DNA of 64,000 nucleotides from Nitrospiraceae bacterium. Its GTDB lineage: Bacteria > Nitrospirota > Nitrospiria > Nitrospirales > UBA2166. This document shows positions 41,342 through 50,708 of the stretch, piece by piece (within the stretch, counting starts at the first letter, position 1; the number at the start of each line of letters is the position of its first letter). The notes under the pieces were generated by a model. That model was given only the letters and a program-made list of their open reading frames with translations, was not told the origin of the DNA and did no database searches. The DNA lies in NCBI GenBank assembly GCA_002726235.1, contig PBSN01000007.1, positions 62,001 through 126,000 of the forward strand, written 5' to 3'. Both the position numbers and the translations under genes were made by a program.

Positions 41342-42280
41342 GTGGCTATGCTGATGCAACCGAAGATTAAGATGAAGGTAGTTGGGAGTGATCGGGATGT
41401 TGGCGAGGTGGCCAATGTCATTGCCGATCCAGTTGCGAAGACTATCAGTCATATTGTTGTTCGTACTGGAGATCGAGGACAGCGGGTGGTTCCCCTTGAT
41501 CAGATTGCAGAGGTGTCCGAAGATGTGCATCTGCGATGTTCTGCGGTGACGGTGTCTGGGTATCCACTTCTGTGTCGTGGCGACTATACGACGGTTCATC
41601 AACAGGAGGTTGCGGGTCTTGAGGCACGTTTGGATGTTGAACCTGGAGAAATCCTGATTCCAGTTCCCGAAGGCGATAGAGACATTCCTCGCCGTGGGTT
41701 TTTTACTAAGTTTACTGTCGCGATTAACGCCGTACTGGCTCTTCCCTTAGCCTATCCAATCTTAAAGTTTCTCATCCATCCGATGTATGGGGCGTATGAC
41801 AATACGTGGGTGAAATTGGCGAGGGCTGACCAATTTTCAGACGTTGATGCTCCCCGGAGCTATCGTTTCAAGAAAACGCTCAAAGAAGGATATTTGGAAC
41901 GGACGTTCGATAAATCCCATTGGGCTATGAAAGCATCACCTGAAACGTTGGAGGCTGTCTATCAAGGCAAGGACCTCGAGTTTCGCGATAAGAATGGTGA
42001 TGTGTATTGGGTCAATCGACGGAATGTGCCCTACATTGTATATTCTGGGAAGTGCCCGCATTTGGGCTGTGGTTACAAATGGCGAAGTACTAAAAAATAT
42101 AACATGGCGTTTTTGTGTCCCTGCCATTTGACCATTTACAACATTGCTGGGAGTGTGCTGACGGGTCCGGCTCCGAGGACGCTTGACGTTCTTCCGGTGC
42201 GTGTGACGCCGGGAGGTGACATCGAAACGATTGACGTTGAGTACAAGGCAGGTCTTGTAGGTCGAGTGCGGGTGATCTGA
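41342..42280 (+). CDS. qcrA: Rieske Fe-S subunit with N-terminal PRC-barrel domain
   Basis: PRC-like VGEVANVIADP..ISHIVV; internal RRGFF plus TM; CPHLGC and CPCH; GPAPRTL. Confidence 0.88.
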   Translation: MAMLMQPKIKMKVVGSDRDVGEVANVIADPVAKTISHIVVRTGDRGQRVVPLDQIAEVSEDVHLRCSAVTVSGYPLLCRGDYTTVHQQEVAGLEARLDVEPGEILIPVPEGDRDIPRRGFFTKFTVAINAVLALPLAYPILKFLIHPMYGAYDNTWVKLARADQFSDVDAPRSYRFKKTLKEGYLERTFDKSHWAMKASPETLEAVYQGKDLEFRDKNGDVYWVNRRNVPYIVYSGKCPHLGCGYKWRSTKKYNMAFLCPCHLTIYNIAGSVLTGPAPRTLDVLPVRVTPGGDIETIDVEYKAGLVGRVRVI

Positions 42281-43359
42281 TGAGTAGGATCGCAAAACAG
42301 ATATTCGACTGGGTCGACGAACGCGCAGGTCTCAGAGAACTCAGCGACAAAATGCTCAATGAGCCGATGCCGGGAGGGTCGAGATACGCCTACGTATTCG
42401 GTTCGATTCTGGTGTACATTTTCGTCATTCAGTTGGTGACCGGTATCTTGTTGATGTTTTATTACGCACCTACTGCCGATCATGCTTACGAGAGTACTCA
42501 GTACATTATCAATAACGTGGAATACGGATGGTTTATCCTGAGTTTTCATTTCTGGAGTTCATCCGTCATGGTGGTGATGGTAGTAATACACATGTCGCAG
42601 GTCTTTCTGTGGGGTGCGTACAAAAAACCAAGTGAGTTAGTATGGGTGGTTGGAACTGTCCTGTTTGTGCTGGTTGTGGCGATGGGCTTCACCGGCTACC
42701 TGCTCCCTTGGGATCAGCGTTCATTCTGGGCAACCACTGTCGGTATTGAAATTGCGGACAAGGTGCCTTTGATTGGAGACTTTATTGGACAGTTTCTTCG
42801 TGGCGGGCCAACGACCGGGGCGCATACGATTAATCGGTTCTTTGTGCTTCATGTAATGATTCTTCCACTCGCTATCATGGGGCTGGCCACTCTTCACATC
42901 TATCTCTTTCGCAAGGCCGGGCCTGCCGGTCCGTATAAGGGCACCCATGGAGAGTTGACACGAACTAGTGAGTATTTTTTCCCGCGCCAAGTCTATAAGG
43001 ATAGTGTTGCTATCGGGATCGTGTTTCTCATTACCTGTGCGCTCGCATTTTATGAGCCGGTTGAGTTGCTTCAAGAGGCGACTCCGGAGCCTGGAGATTA
43101 TAACCCTATTCCAGAATGGTATTTCTTGTTTATTTTTCAGATGCTTCGTTATGAGATGTTTTCTGGCGAGTGGGGACAAATTATCGGGTCGATCGTGATT
43201 CCGATGGCATTCATGATCTGGTTGGTAGCAATTCCTTTTATATTTCGAAACCCCGAGCGACGCTTGTGGAAACGGAAGCTTGGTATTGCGACTTGGGCGC
43301 TCATTCTCTTTGCGGTCGCATGGTTAACTTACGATTTCAGCATCACAGAGGTTCACTGA
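42280..43359 (+). CDS. qcrB: Cytochrome b of the bc complex
   Basis: QLVTGILL, HFWSS..HMSQ, TGYLLPWDQ, RFFVLH..LH and PEWY. Confidence 0.95.
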   Translation: MSRIAKQIFDWVDERAGLRELSDKMLNEPMPGGSRYAYVFGSILVYIFVIQLVTGILLMFYYAPTADHAYESTQYIINNVEYGWFILSFHFWSSSVMVVMVVIHMSQVFLWGAYKKPSELVWVVGTVLFVLVVAMGFTGYLLPWDQRSFWATTVGIEIADKVPLIGDFIGQFLRGGPTTGAHTINRFFVLHVMILPLAIMGLATLHIYLFRKAGPAGPYKGTHGELTRTSEYFFPRQVYKDSVAIGIVFLITCALAFYEPVELLQEATPEPGDYNPIPEWYFLFIFQMLRYEMFSGEWGQIIGSIVIPMAFMIWLVAIPFIFRNPERRLWKRKLGIATWALILFAVAWLTYDFSITEVH

Positions 43360-43360
43360 A

Positions 43361-43879
43361 GTGCAGGTTCCAAAGGATCCAAACCTTTACCTGACGGTGT
43401 TCACTGGCATTTGCGTGACGATCGTCGTGGCGTTCTGGATTCTAACGCCAGTGTATACCCCCCACCTTGAGGAGGAAAGTGAGCACGCCGCTTTGATAAA
43501 GCCTGAACAGGCGCTTGGACAGGTTGATGCCATGCTCACGGCCGCCGAGACAACTCTTGCTGAGATGGGTGGGGGGGAAATGGAATCAAAAGCATTGTCT
43601 ACGCAAGAAGGTTCAAACCTAGCGAATGTAGTGCCGGCATCTGGTCCTGATACTGGTCCTGATACTGGCCATGATCATGCTATGGGCGGCCATGATCATG
43701 CTATGGGTGGGCCTGATCACGATATGGGTGGGCCTGATCACGATATGGGTGGGCCTGATCACAATATGAGTGGGCCTGATCACGATATGGGTGGGCCTGA
43801 CCATGCTATGGGNAGGCAAACTTATGAACCTGAAGAATCTTCACATTCGCACGATGCTGGGGGTGACCATGGACATTAG
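43361..43879 (+). CDS. Single-TM protein with His/Met-rich heptad repeats
   Basis: N-terminal TM, seven G[PH]DH[DAN]M[GS] units and a His-rich end (SHSHDAGGDHGH). Confidence 0.75.
   Translation: MQVPKDPNLYLTVFTGICVTIVVAFWILTPVYTPHLEEESEHAALIKPEQALGQVDAMLTAAETTLAEMGGGEMESKALSTQEGSNLANVVPASGPDTGPDTGHDHAMGGHDHAMGGPDHDMGGPDHDMGGPDHNMSGPDHDMGGPDHAMXRQTYEPEESSHSHDAGGDHGH
43643..43813 (+). repeat. In-frame tandem repeats: 2 x 12 bp followed by 7 x 21 bp
   Basis: GGTCCTGATACT x2 (43643-43666); GGGCCTGATCACGATATGGGT-like unit x7 (43667-43813), with no spacers. Confidence 0.92.
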
Positions 43880-44315
43880 GTCAATCGTTTATCAGATATT
43901 GTTCGCTGTTTTCTTTGCTATTGGGTCAGCTTCGTTTGTCTGGTCACAGAATGGGGCTGGAAGCGCGATTGCTCTTAGCGATGTGAAGACGTTGGAAGAA
44001 TTGGCGCAGGTTGGGGGGCAGTTGTTTGAAGGGAAAGGGCAATGTACCCAGTGTCATTCACTCCAGGGTGCATCTTCCGACAAAGGGCCAACCCTTGATG
44101 GGGTTGGAGCAAAGCTTACGAGGGAGTTTCTCCATGAGAGTTTGGTCAAGCCGGATGCTTACGTCTATCTTGATTTTACCAGAGTCCCTCCGGCACCATA
44201 TGCGGCGCCTATGCCGCCCACATCCTTGGCCGAAGGCGAAATCTTGGCTGTGATCGCATATCTCCAACAGTCCAGTGGTCAACCAGTTAGTATTGAACTG
44301 TCGGAACTCAAGTGA
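43869..44315 (+). CDS. Monoheme cytochrome c
   Basis: Signal peptide, GKGQCTQCH, GPTL and APMP. Confidence 0.85.
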   Translation: MDIRSIVYQILFAVFFAIGSASFVWSQNGAGSAIALSDVKTLEELAQVGGQLFEGKGQCTQCHSLQGASSDKGPTLDGVGAKLTREFLHESLVKPDAYVYLDFTRVPPAPYAAPMPPTSLAEGEILAVIAYLQQSSGQPVSIELSELK

Positions 44316-45214
44316 TGGAAGGGATGGCCATGGGGAGCGGACATCGATTTGTTCTTGGATGTGTTGTTGTATTCGTTGTGCTGTTCAGTCTTCCTATCGG
44401 CTGTACCAGTAAAACTGATAACGCTGAATCACAGTCGAATCCGCTTGTGATGCAAGGGAAAGAACTTTTCACAGACTATTGTATCCATTGTCATGGTCCA
44501 TCTGGGATTGGGGATGGGTTTAACGCTGGGAATGTCGATCCGGGTCCGCGGGACCTGACTGATAGCGAGACAGAAGATGGCGAGGTGGGGTTTATGGCCT
44601 CGCTGACAAATGAAAAAATTTACCACGAAATATTGAGCAGGGACTTGTTGAATCCAGACGAATTTGAAGCGCTCCAAGAGGCTTATCTAGATGCTGTGAT
44701 GATGGAAGACGAGGAAGCTGCTAAAGTGGCTGAAGCAAAGCTTCCTATGCTGGTTCCTCCCGCTATGCCAACGTTCAAGTACACCCTTTCTGATGCCGAA
44801 AGGTGGGCTCTGGTTGCCTATGTTCGGACGTTGCATAAGAATGACGCACCTCCAGTTGATGTTCCTTCAACAGTCAGCACCGTACGTCCTACTTTTCCGA
44901 AAAGGCAAGCACCTTCGTGGGAGATGGCAGAGGATGAGCGCATAGCCATAGCTGAAAGCGGAAAATTCATCTTCATAGATAAATTTAATTGTAATGGATG
45001 CCATGTGTATAAAACTGGTGAACTTGGTGGAGTTGTTGGTCCTGATCTTCGAAGATCTGGGGAGCGTCTTAACCTTGACTGGACGTACCAGTGGATTAGT
45101 AGCCCTCAGGCGATGAAGCCTGATACGAAGATGCCGAATCTTGCTCTAAGTGAAGATGAGGCCAAAGCGATTACTCTGTACCTGGAAACTCTCAAGCTGC
45201 CTGCTACCTCGTAA
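44312..45214 (+). CDS. Diheme cytochrome c (lipoprotein)
   Basis: Lipobox-like PIGC; CIHCH and CNGCH; AMPTF and TKMPN. Confidence 0.88.
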   Translation: MMEGMAMGSGHRFVLGCVVVFVVLFSLPIGCTSKTDNAESQSNPLVMQGKELFTDYCIHCHGPSGIGDGFNAGNVDPGPRDLTDSETEDGEVGFMASLTNEKIYHEILSRDLLNPDEFEALQEAYLDAVMMEDEEAAKVAEAKLPMLVPPAMPTFKYTLSDAERWALVAYVRTLHKNDAPPVDVPSTVSTVRPTFPKRQAPSWEMAEDERIAIAESGKFIFIDKFNCNGCHVYKTGELGGVVGPDLRRSGERLNLDWTYQWISSPQAMKPDTKMPNLALSEDEAKAITLYLETLKLPATS

Positions 45215-45346
45215 TTTTTTAACGGCATTGTTGCAGGCATGCGTTCGGCAGAGACGGTGGTCTTTTGTCCTAAGCTACGAGGTGGTTTGGGTGCTTTATC
45301 TCTGTCGTGGAGCCTCGATTTGGCGGGGTTGCGTGGCCACTCATGG

Positions 45347-45375
45347 TTGACAGAAACCTATTAACTCGCTAGAAT
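45347..45375 (+). promoter_or_regulatory. Strong sigma70 promoter of the tRNA-tuf operon
   Basis: TTGACA-17nt-TAGAAT. Confidence 0.7.
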
Positions 45376-45454
45376 TTTCTGCTTTATTCGATTCGATGCA
45401 TTAAATAAAGTCGAAAGAGGTGTTGGTGTGTCATCGCTGTGACACTAAAGCGCT

Positions 45455-45529
45455 GCCGGCGTAGCTCAGTGGTAGAGCAGAGGTTTTGTAAACCTCAGGT
45501 CGGTGGTTCAATCCCACTCGCCGGCTCCA
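45455..45529 (+). tRNA. tRNA-Thr(TGT)
   Basis: Cloverleaf; anticodon arm GAGGT-TT-TGT-AA-ACCTC; CCA end. Confidence 0.95.
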
Positions 45530-45587
45530 CACTGTCTGAACGTTGGAACTCCGACGTGTTTGGGAGTGGCGTGGTATCGACGGTTAT

Positions 45588-45668
45588 GGGGAGGTACCCG
45601 AGTGGCCAAAGGGGACAGGCTGTAAACCTGTTGCGTAAGCTTCGAAGGTTCGAACCCTTCCCTCCCCA
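45588..45668 (+). tRNA. tRNA-Tyr(GTA)
   Basis: ACAGG-CT-GTA-AA-CCTGT, long variable arm and GGTTCGAA; CCA not encoded. Confidence 0.93.
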
Positions 45669-45753
45669 CTGTAAAATGGCGTATGCCTGATCTGTCAGAG
45701 TGGTTGAGGGCTGAAGGGAAAACGATGATTCAACGAACATTACGGGATGGGAT

Positions 45754-45828
45754 GCGGGTGTAGCTCAGTGGTAGAGCTCTAGCCTTCCAAGCTGGATGTC
45801 GCGAGTTCGAATCTCGTCGCCCGCTCCA
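45754..45828 (+). tRNA. tRNA-Gly(TCC)
   Basis: CTAGC-CT-TCC-AA-GCTGG; CCA end. Confidence 0.95.
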
Positions 45829-45859
45829 TTAGGCGCTCCATTAGGCGATGGAGTCTTGT

Positions 45860-45935
45860 GCCCACGTAGCTCAGTTGGCAGAGCACGTCCTTGGTAAGGA
45901 CGAGGTCATGCGTTCGATCCGCGTCGTGGGCTCCA
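45860..45935 (+). tRNA. tRNA-Thr(GGT)
   Basis: CGTCC-TT-GGT-AA-GGACG; CCA end. Confidence 0.95.
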
Positions 45936-46100
45936 TTCGCCGTAGTGTGGCACGTTGTGTGTACCGAGGTTTCTTTTGCAACGATCACCACAATCATGGT
46001 GTCGGGAGTATCGTCTGCGTGGCAGCAATGGAAACTCAGCTAGATTTAAGTTGATTTCTAGTGTCTAGGTTGTGTTGGTAGGTAAATAGAGGGGGTAGCG

Positions 46101-47291
46101 ATGGCGAAGGCAAAATTTGAGCGAACGAAGCCGCACATGAATATTGGGACGATTGGGCACGTGGATCATGGGAAGACGACCTTGACGGCGTCGATTACCA
46201 AAGTGCTGGCGGACCAGAAGTTAGCGACTTTCGTGGAATTTGGCGCGATCGACAAAGCCCCTGAAGAGCGGGAACGGGGCGTGACCATCAACATTGCCCA
46301 TGTGGAGTACCAGACCGTGAATCGGCACTATGCTCATGTGGATTGTCCGGGCCATGCGGACTACGTCAAGAACATGATCACGGGGGCGGCGCAGATGGAT
46401 GGGGCGATTCTGGTGGTGAGTGCCGCCGATGGCCCGATGCCTCAGACCCGCGAGCATATTCTGCTGGCTCGCCAAGTGGGGGTGCCGTACATTGTGGTGT
46501 TTCTTAATAAAGCCGATGCCGTTGATGACAAAGAGCTCTTGGAATTGGTCGAACTTGAAGTGCGGGAGTTGTTGACCAAGTATGATTTTCCGGGGGACGA
46601 CATCCCTGTTGTCGTGGGTTCTGCTCTGCAGGCCTTGGAAGGTCAGGATGGCGACTATGGGGCTCCGGCCATTATGAAGCTGATGGAGCAAGTCGATGCG
46701 TATATTCCCACTCCTACTCGCGAAATCGACAAGCCTTTTCTCATGCCAATCGAAGATGTCTTTACCATTTCAGGTCGCGGTACGGTGGTGACTGGCCGCG
46801 TTCAGCGTGGGAAGGTCAAAGTGGGGGAAGAGATTGAGATTGTTGGGCTTGAGGAGACCAAGAAGACTGTTGTGACGGGTGTTGAGATGTTCCGGAAGCT
46901 GTTGGATGAAGGAGAAGCCGGAGATAACGTGGGTATTCTGTTACGCGGCATCAAAAAAGATGAGGTTGAGCGGGGGATGGTTTTGGCCAAGCCGGGGTCG
47001 ATCAAGCCGCATACCAAGTTCAAATCCGAAGTGTATGTTTTGACCAAGGACGAAGGGGGGCGGCACACTCCGTTTTTCAAAGGGTATCGGCCGCAGTTTT
47101 ACTTTCGGACGACGGATGTGACGGGAGTAGTGGAATTGCCGGAAGGGGTGGAGATGGTGATGCCGGGGGACAACGTGACCTTTCGTGGGGATTTGATTAC
47201 CCCTATTGCGATGGAAAAGGAACTTAGATTTGCTGTCCGGGAAGGCGGCAAGACGGTGGGTGCTGGTATCGTGACGGAAGTCATTGAGTAG
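46101..47291 (+). CDS. tuf: Elongation factor Tu
   Basis: [24 protein letters not shown] and NKAD. Confidence 0.99.
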   Translation: MAKAKFERTKPHMNIGTIGHVDHGKTTLTASITKVLADQKLATFVEFGAIDKAPEERERGVTINIAHVEYQTVNRHYAHVDCPGHADYVKNMITGAAQMDGAILVVSAADGPMPQTREHILLARQVGVPYIVVFLNKADAVDDKELLELVELEVRELLTKYDFPGDDIPVVVGSALQALEGQDGDYGAPAIMKLMEQVDAYIPTPTREIDKPFLMPIEDVFTISGRGTVVTGRVQRGKVKVGEEIEIVGLEETKKTVVTGVEMFRKLLDEGEAGDNVGILLRGIKKDEVERGMVLAKPGSIKPHTKFKSEVYVLTKDEGGRHTPFFKGYRPQFYFRTTDVTGVVELPEGVEMVMPGDNVTFRGDLITPIAMEKELRFAVREGGKTVGAGIVTEVIE

Positions 47292-47329
47292 CCCTGAAAC
47301 CGCCTGAGAGAAATGGAAGGTAACGTGCA

Positions 47330-47479
47330 ATGCGCACAATCATAGCCCTAGCCTGTACGGACTGTAAACGGCGCAATTATTCGACCATGAAGAACAAGAA
47401 AAATGATCCCGATAGGTTGGAACTAAAGAAATATTGCCGTTTCTGTCGGAAGCATGTTCCTCACCGGGAAGTGAAATGA
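47330..47479 (+). CDS. rpmG: 50S ribosomal protein L33 (Zn-binding type)
   Basis: Manual translation: [49 protein letters not shown] (below the ORF-track cutoff). Confidence 0.95.
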   Translation: MRTIIALACTDCKRRNYSTMKNKKNDPDRLELKKYCRFCRKHVPHREVK

Positions 47480-47632
47480 GTGATAGGGGGAAGGTCGGCT
47501 GTTAGGTTTTTGGAAAAGCGGGAAAGCCAACGAACTGGTATGGCATATGGACGTATTTGAAGTGCTAGGTTGGGGGCACCCTTTTCCCATCTTTGCTGAT
47601 AGCTGACGCTGATCGCTGACCTGCTAATTCTA

Positions 47633-47708
47633 GGGGGCATGGTGTTAATGGCTAGCATGTCGGTCTCCAAAACCGAAGGTCCGGGTTCGAGACCTGGTGC
47701 CCCTGCCA
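47633..47708 (+). tRNA. tRNA-Trp(CCA)
   Basis: TCGGT-CT-CCA-AA-ACCGA; CCA end; usual position before secE. Confidence 0.93.
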
Positions 47709-47763
47709 GCACACATGTGTGGATTTTCGTGAGCATCAGTAGTCGTTAGAACGAGGCATACGA

Positions 47764-47958
47764 GTGATAAAACGGTGGTATTTAGCGATCGCGACGTTCC
47801 TTGACGAAGTCAAGGGTGAGTTGCGAAGAACCAGTTATCCCTCACGAAAGGAAACTGTTGGATCAACGGGAGTTGTCCTGATTTTTGCCGTGATCATGTC
47901 GATATTCCTAGCGCTCGTTGATGCCTTGCTCGTCAGGATTATTGCCATTGTCATCTGA
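47764..47958 (+). CDS. secE: Preprotein translocase SecE
   Basis: FLDEVKGELRRTSYPSRKE plus a single TM. Confidence 0.92.
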   Translation: MIKRWYLAIATFLDEVKGELRRTSYPSRKETVGSTGVVLIFAVIMSIFLALVDALLVRIIAIVI

Positions 47959-47959
47959 T

Positions 47960-48514
47960 GTGAAGAAAGAGGCGGTTTCTGGGAAACCCAAGAAGTGGTA
48001 CGCAGTGCATGCCTATGCGGGGTTCGAGCCCCAAATCTGCGAAACTGTATTGCTACAGTGCAAGCGGCAGGGGATGGAAGACACAATTGATGAGGTTTTG
48101 GTTCCAACGCACGAGGTTGTCGAGATCAAGAATGGAAAAAAAAGGACAAGTGACCGAAAATTTTTTCCTGGGTATGTTCTTGTACACATGGCAATGACTG
48201 ATGACGCTTTGCAGCTTATAAAGGCAATACCGAAAGTCACGGGGTTTGTAGGTGGAGGAGCCGTTCCTTTCCCGTTGACTGATGAAGAGGCAGAAACACT
48301 ACTAAAACAGATTGATTCTGGCGTGAATNTGCCTCGGTCGCAGGTAGTGTTTAGCCAAGGGGATACTGTTCGTGTCATCGATGGACCATTTCTTGGTTTC
48401 AATGGCTTAGTGGATGAGGTGGACGATGAACGAGGCAAGGTGAAAATTCTGGTGAGTATTTTTGGACGATCGACGCCTGTTGAATTAAATTTCCTTCAGG
48501 TGGACCCCTCTTAA
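47960..48514 (+). CDS. nusG: Transcription factor NusG
   Basis: WYAVHAYAGFE, FFPGYVLV, KOW motif VRVIDGPF and SIFGRSTPVEL; start uncertain. Confidence 0.95.
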   Translation: MKKEAVSGKPKKWYAVHAYAGFEPQICETVLLQCKRQGMEDTIDEVLVPTHEVVEIKNGKKRTSDRKFFPGYVLVHMAMTDDALQLIKAIPKVTGFVGGGAVPFPLTDEEAETLLKQIDSGVNXPRSQVVFSQGDTVRVIDGPFLGFNGLVDEVDDERGKVKILVSIFGRSTPVELNFLQVDPS

Positions 48515-48548
48515 TGCCCCCTTAACCTGATATGTAGGCATGTAAAAA

Positions 48549-48977
48549 ATGGCAAAAGAGCTAGTGACACAGATTAAGCTTCAGATTCAAGCCGGAAAGG
48601 CTACGCCGGCACCGCCTGTGGGTCCGGCGCTTGGGCAGCATGGATTGAATATTATGGAGTTTTGCAAAGGCTTTAACGCGCAGACTCAAGGTCAGGATGG
48701 AAGCATTATTCCGGTGGTTATCAGTGTGTTTAAGGACCGGTCGTTTACGTTTGTGACCAAGACTCCGCCAGCCTCAGACCTTTTGAAGAAAGCGGCTGGG
48801 ATTATCAAAGGATCGGCCGTGCCAAATAAAGATAAGGTTGGTACCGTGACGGCAGCGAAAATTGAGGAGATTGCACGGCAGAAACAGGAAGATTTGAATG
48901 CGGCAGACCTTGCTGGGGCGATAAAGATTATTGAAGGGACGGCGCGAAGTATGGGTCTTGTGGTGGTTCCAACATAG
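48549..48977 (+). CDS. rplK: 50S ribosomal protein L11
   Basis: [18 protein letters not shown] and GTARSMG. Confidence 0.98.
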   Translation: MAKELVTQIKLQIQAGKATPAPPVGPALGQHGLNIMEFCKGFNAQTQGQDGSIIPVVISVFKDRSFTFVTKTPPASDLLKKAAGIIKGSAVPNKDKVGTVTAAKIEEIARQKQEDLNAADLAGAIKIIEGTARSMGLVVVPT

Positions 48978-49001
48978 GGAGTGTTTCGGAGGAGTTAGGG
49001 G

Positions 49002-49694
49002 ATGGGTAAGAAATTCACTGCCGCATTGGCAAAAGTTGAGACGCGATTGTATGGCCTTGAAGAGGCTATGGATTTGGTGATGTCTTTGGCTTATACGAAA
49101 TTCGACGAAGTGGTTGACTTAGCAATTCGCTTGGGGATTGACCCAAGGAGAGCTGACCAGATGGTACGAGGCACAACTCTTCTTCCTCACGGAACAGGAA
49201 AAAATGTGAGGGTTCTGGTCTTCGCAAAAGGGGAAAAAGAGGCGGAGGCTCGCGATGCTGGCGCAGACATTGTTGGTGCAGAGGATTTAGTCGAGAAAAT
49301 CCAAGGAGGATGGTTGGAATTTGATCAAGCGATCGCGACGCCAAATCTTATGGGCATGGTCGGAAAATTGGGGAAAGTTCTTGGTCCCCGTGGTTTGATG
49401 CCAAATCCAAAAACTGGAACTGTAACGCTTGATCTTGCCAAGGTGATTGGTGAAATTCGGAAAGGCCGTGCTGAATTTAAAACGGACAAGACCGGAAACA
49501 TACACGTCACTGTTGGTAAGGTGTCCCTCCCCCGAGGCAGTCTCTGTGAAAATGCTAACGCGATACTTGAATCAATTGTGAAAGCGAAACCGGCATCAAG
49601 CAAAGGGCGTTATCTTAGGGGGGTTTCGCTTTCCTCTACGATGGGGCCGGGGGTTGCACTTGATCCGGTCGCGGTTACGAAACGGCATACGTAA
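49002..49694 (+). CDS. rplA: 50S ribosomal protein L1
   Basis: [27 protein letters not shown] and SSTMGPG. Confidence 0.98.
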   Translation: MGKKFTAALAKVETRLYGLEEAMDLVMSLAYTKFDEVVDLAIRLGIDPRRADQMVRGTTLLPHGTGKNVRVLVFAKGEKEAEARDAGADIVGAEDLVEKIQGGWLEFDQAIATPNLMGMVGKLGKVLGPRGLMPNPKTGTVTLDLAKVIGEIRKGRAEFKTDKTGNIHVTVGKVSLPRGSLCENANAILESIVKAKPASSKGRYLRGVSLSSTMGPGVALDPVAVTKRHT

Positions 49695-49730
49695 CCATAT
49701 TTTCCCCGCCTCTGTTGGAGAAGTGACAGA

Positions 49731-50663
49731 ATGAAGAAAGAGATGAAGACGCAGGTTGTTGCAGGTTTGAATGAGAAGTTTTCTCGGGCTCAGGTGGCAA
49801 TTCTGACCGAGTTTAGCGGAGTGCCGGTGGGGGAGATGACTGAGCTTCGTAGGCTTTTTCGCGAGGCAAAGGCTGAGCTGAAAGTAGTGAAAAATCGTCT
49901 TGCCATACGGGCAGCCGAGGATACACCACTTGCCATTGCGACGGATCGTTTTCGTGGCTCTCTTGCGGTTGCTCTTGGCTATGATGACCCCATCGTTCCT
50001 GTGAAAATTCTGAACGACTTCATTACGAAAGAACGTCGTCGTCAACGATTCACCATGCGTGCTGGGGTCATCGAAGGACAGATTCTTGAGGCGAAGGCGT
50101 TAAATGATTTGGCAAATTTGCCATCTCGCCACCAGTTGCTGGGAATGTTTCTCTCAGCGATGCAGGGATCGATTCAGGGGTTTGTCAGTGTGTTGTCGGG
50201 ACCGGCACGAAGCTTAGTATATATGATCAGTGGGCTCATTGAACAAAAGAAAGGAATGGGAGAGATGGCTGATGTGAAAGAAACAAGCACATTAACAGAT
50301 GACGATATTCTTGGCGCGGTTGAGCAGATGTCTGTCCTTCGGTTGTCCGAATTGGTAAAAAAAATTGAGGAACGTTTTGGGGTCACTGCGGCGATTCCCA
50401 TGGCAGCTCCTGCCGCAGGAGGGGCAGCCGCTCCTGCAGAGGCTGAGGAGAAAACCTCATTTGATGTGGTGTTGAAGAGTGTAGGTGACAAGAAAATTCA
50501 GGTTATCAAGGCGGTGCGAGAGATTACGAGCCTAGGCTTGAAGGAAGCAAAAGATCTTGTAGAAGGGGCACCGAAACCTGTGAAGTCAGGTGCCGCAAAA
50601 GATGAGGCGGAGACGATAAAGAAAAAGCTAGAAGAGCATGGTGCAACGGTTGAGATTCAGTAA
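49731..50663 (+). CDS. rplJ-rplL: Fused 50S ribosomal proteins L10 and L7/L12
   Basis: L10 ([15 protein letters not shown]) continues in frame, with no stop, into L12 ([33 protein letters not shown]). Confidence 0.9.
   Translation: MKKEMKTQVVAGLNEKFSRAQVAILTEFSGVPVGEMTELRRLFREAKAELKVVKNRLAIRAAEDTPLAIATDRFRGSLAVALGYDDPIVPVKILNDFITKERRRQRFTMRAGVIEGQILEAKALNDLANLPSRHQLLGMFLSAMQGSIQGFVSVLSGPARSLVYMISGLIEQKKGMGEMADVKETSTLTDDDILGAVEQMSVLRLSELVKKIEERFGVTAAIPMAAPAAGGAAAPAEAEEKTSFDVVLKSVGDKKIQVIKAVREITSLGLKEAKDLVEGAPKPVKSGAAKDEAETIKKKLEEHGATVEIQ
50265..50663 (+). CDS. rplL: Probable nested free L7/L12 from an internal start
   Basis: In-frame ATG (MADVKET) at the domain boundary, preceded by AAAGGAATGGGAGAG. 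Confidence 0.65.
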   Translation: MADVKETSTLTDDDILGAVEQMSVLRLSELVKKIEERFGVTAAIPMAAPAAGGAAAPAEAEEKTSFDVVLKSVGDKKIQVIKAVREITSLGLKEAKDLVEGAPKPVKSGAAKDEAETIKKKLEEHGATVEIQ

Positions 50664-50708
50664 CTGTTGTTGGTCGCTGCGTATGAAAGTGGGGGGAGGC
50701 TTCACACG

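Noticed and set aside
43667..43813. CRISPR array
   Set aside because: The 21-bp units are contiguous, in frame and have no spacers; no cas genes are present.
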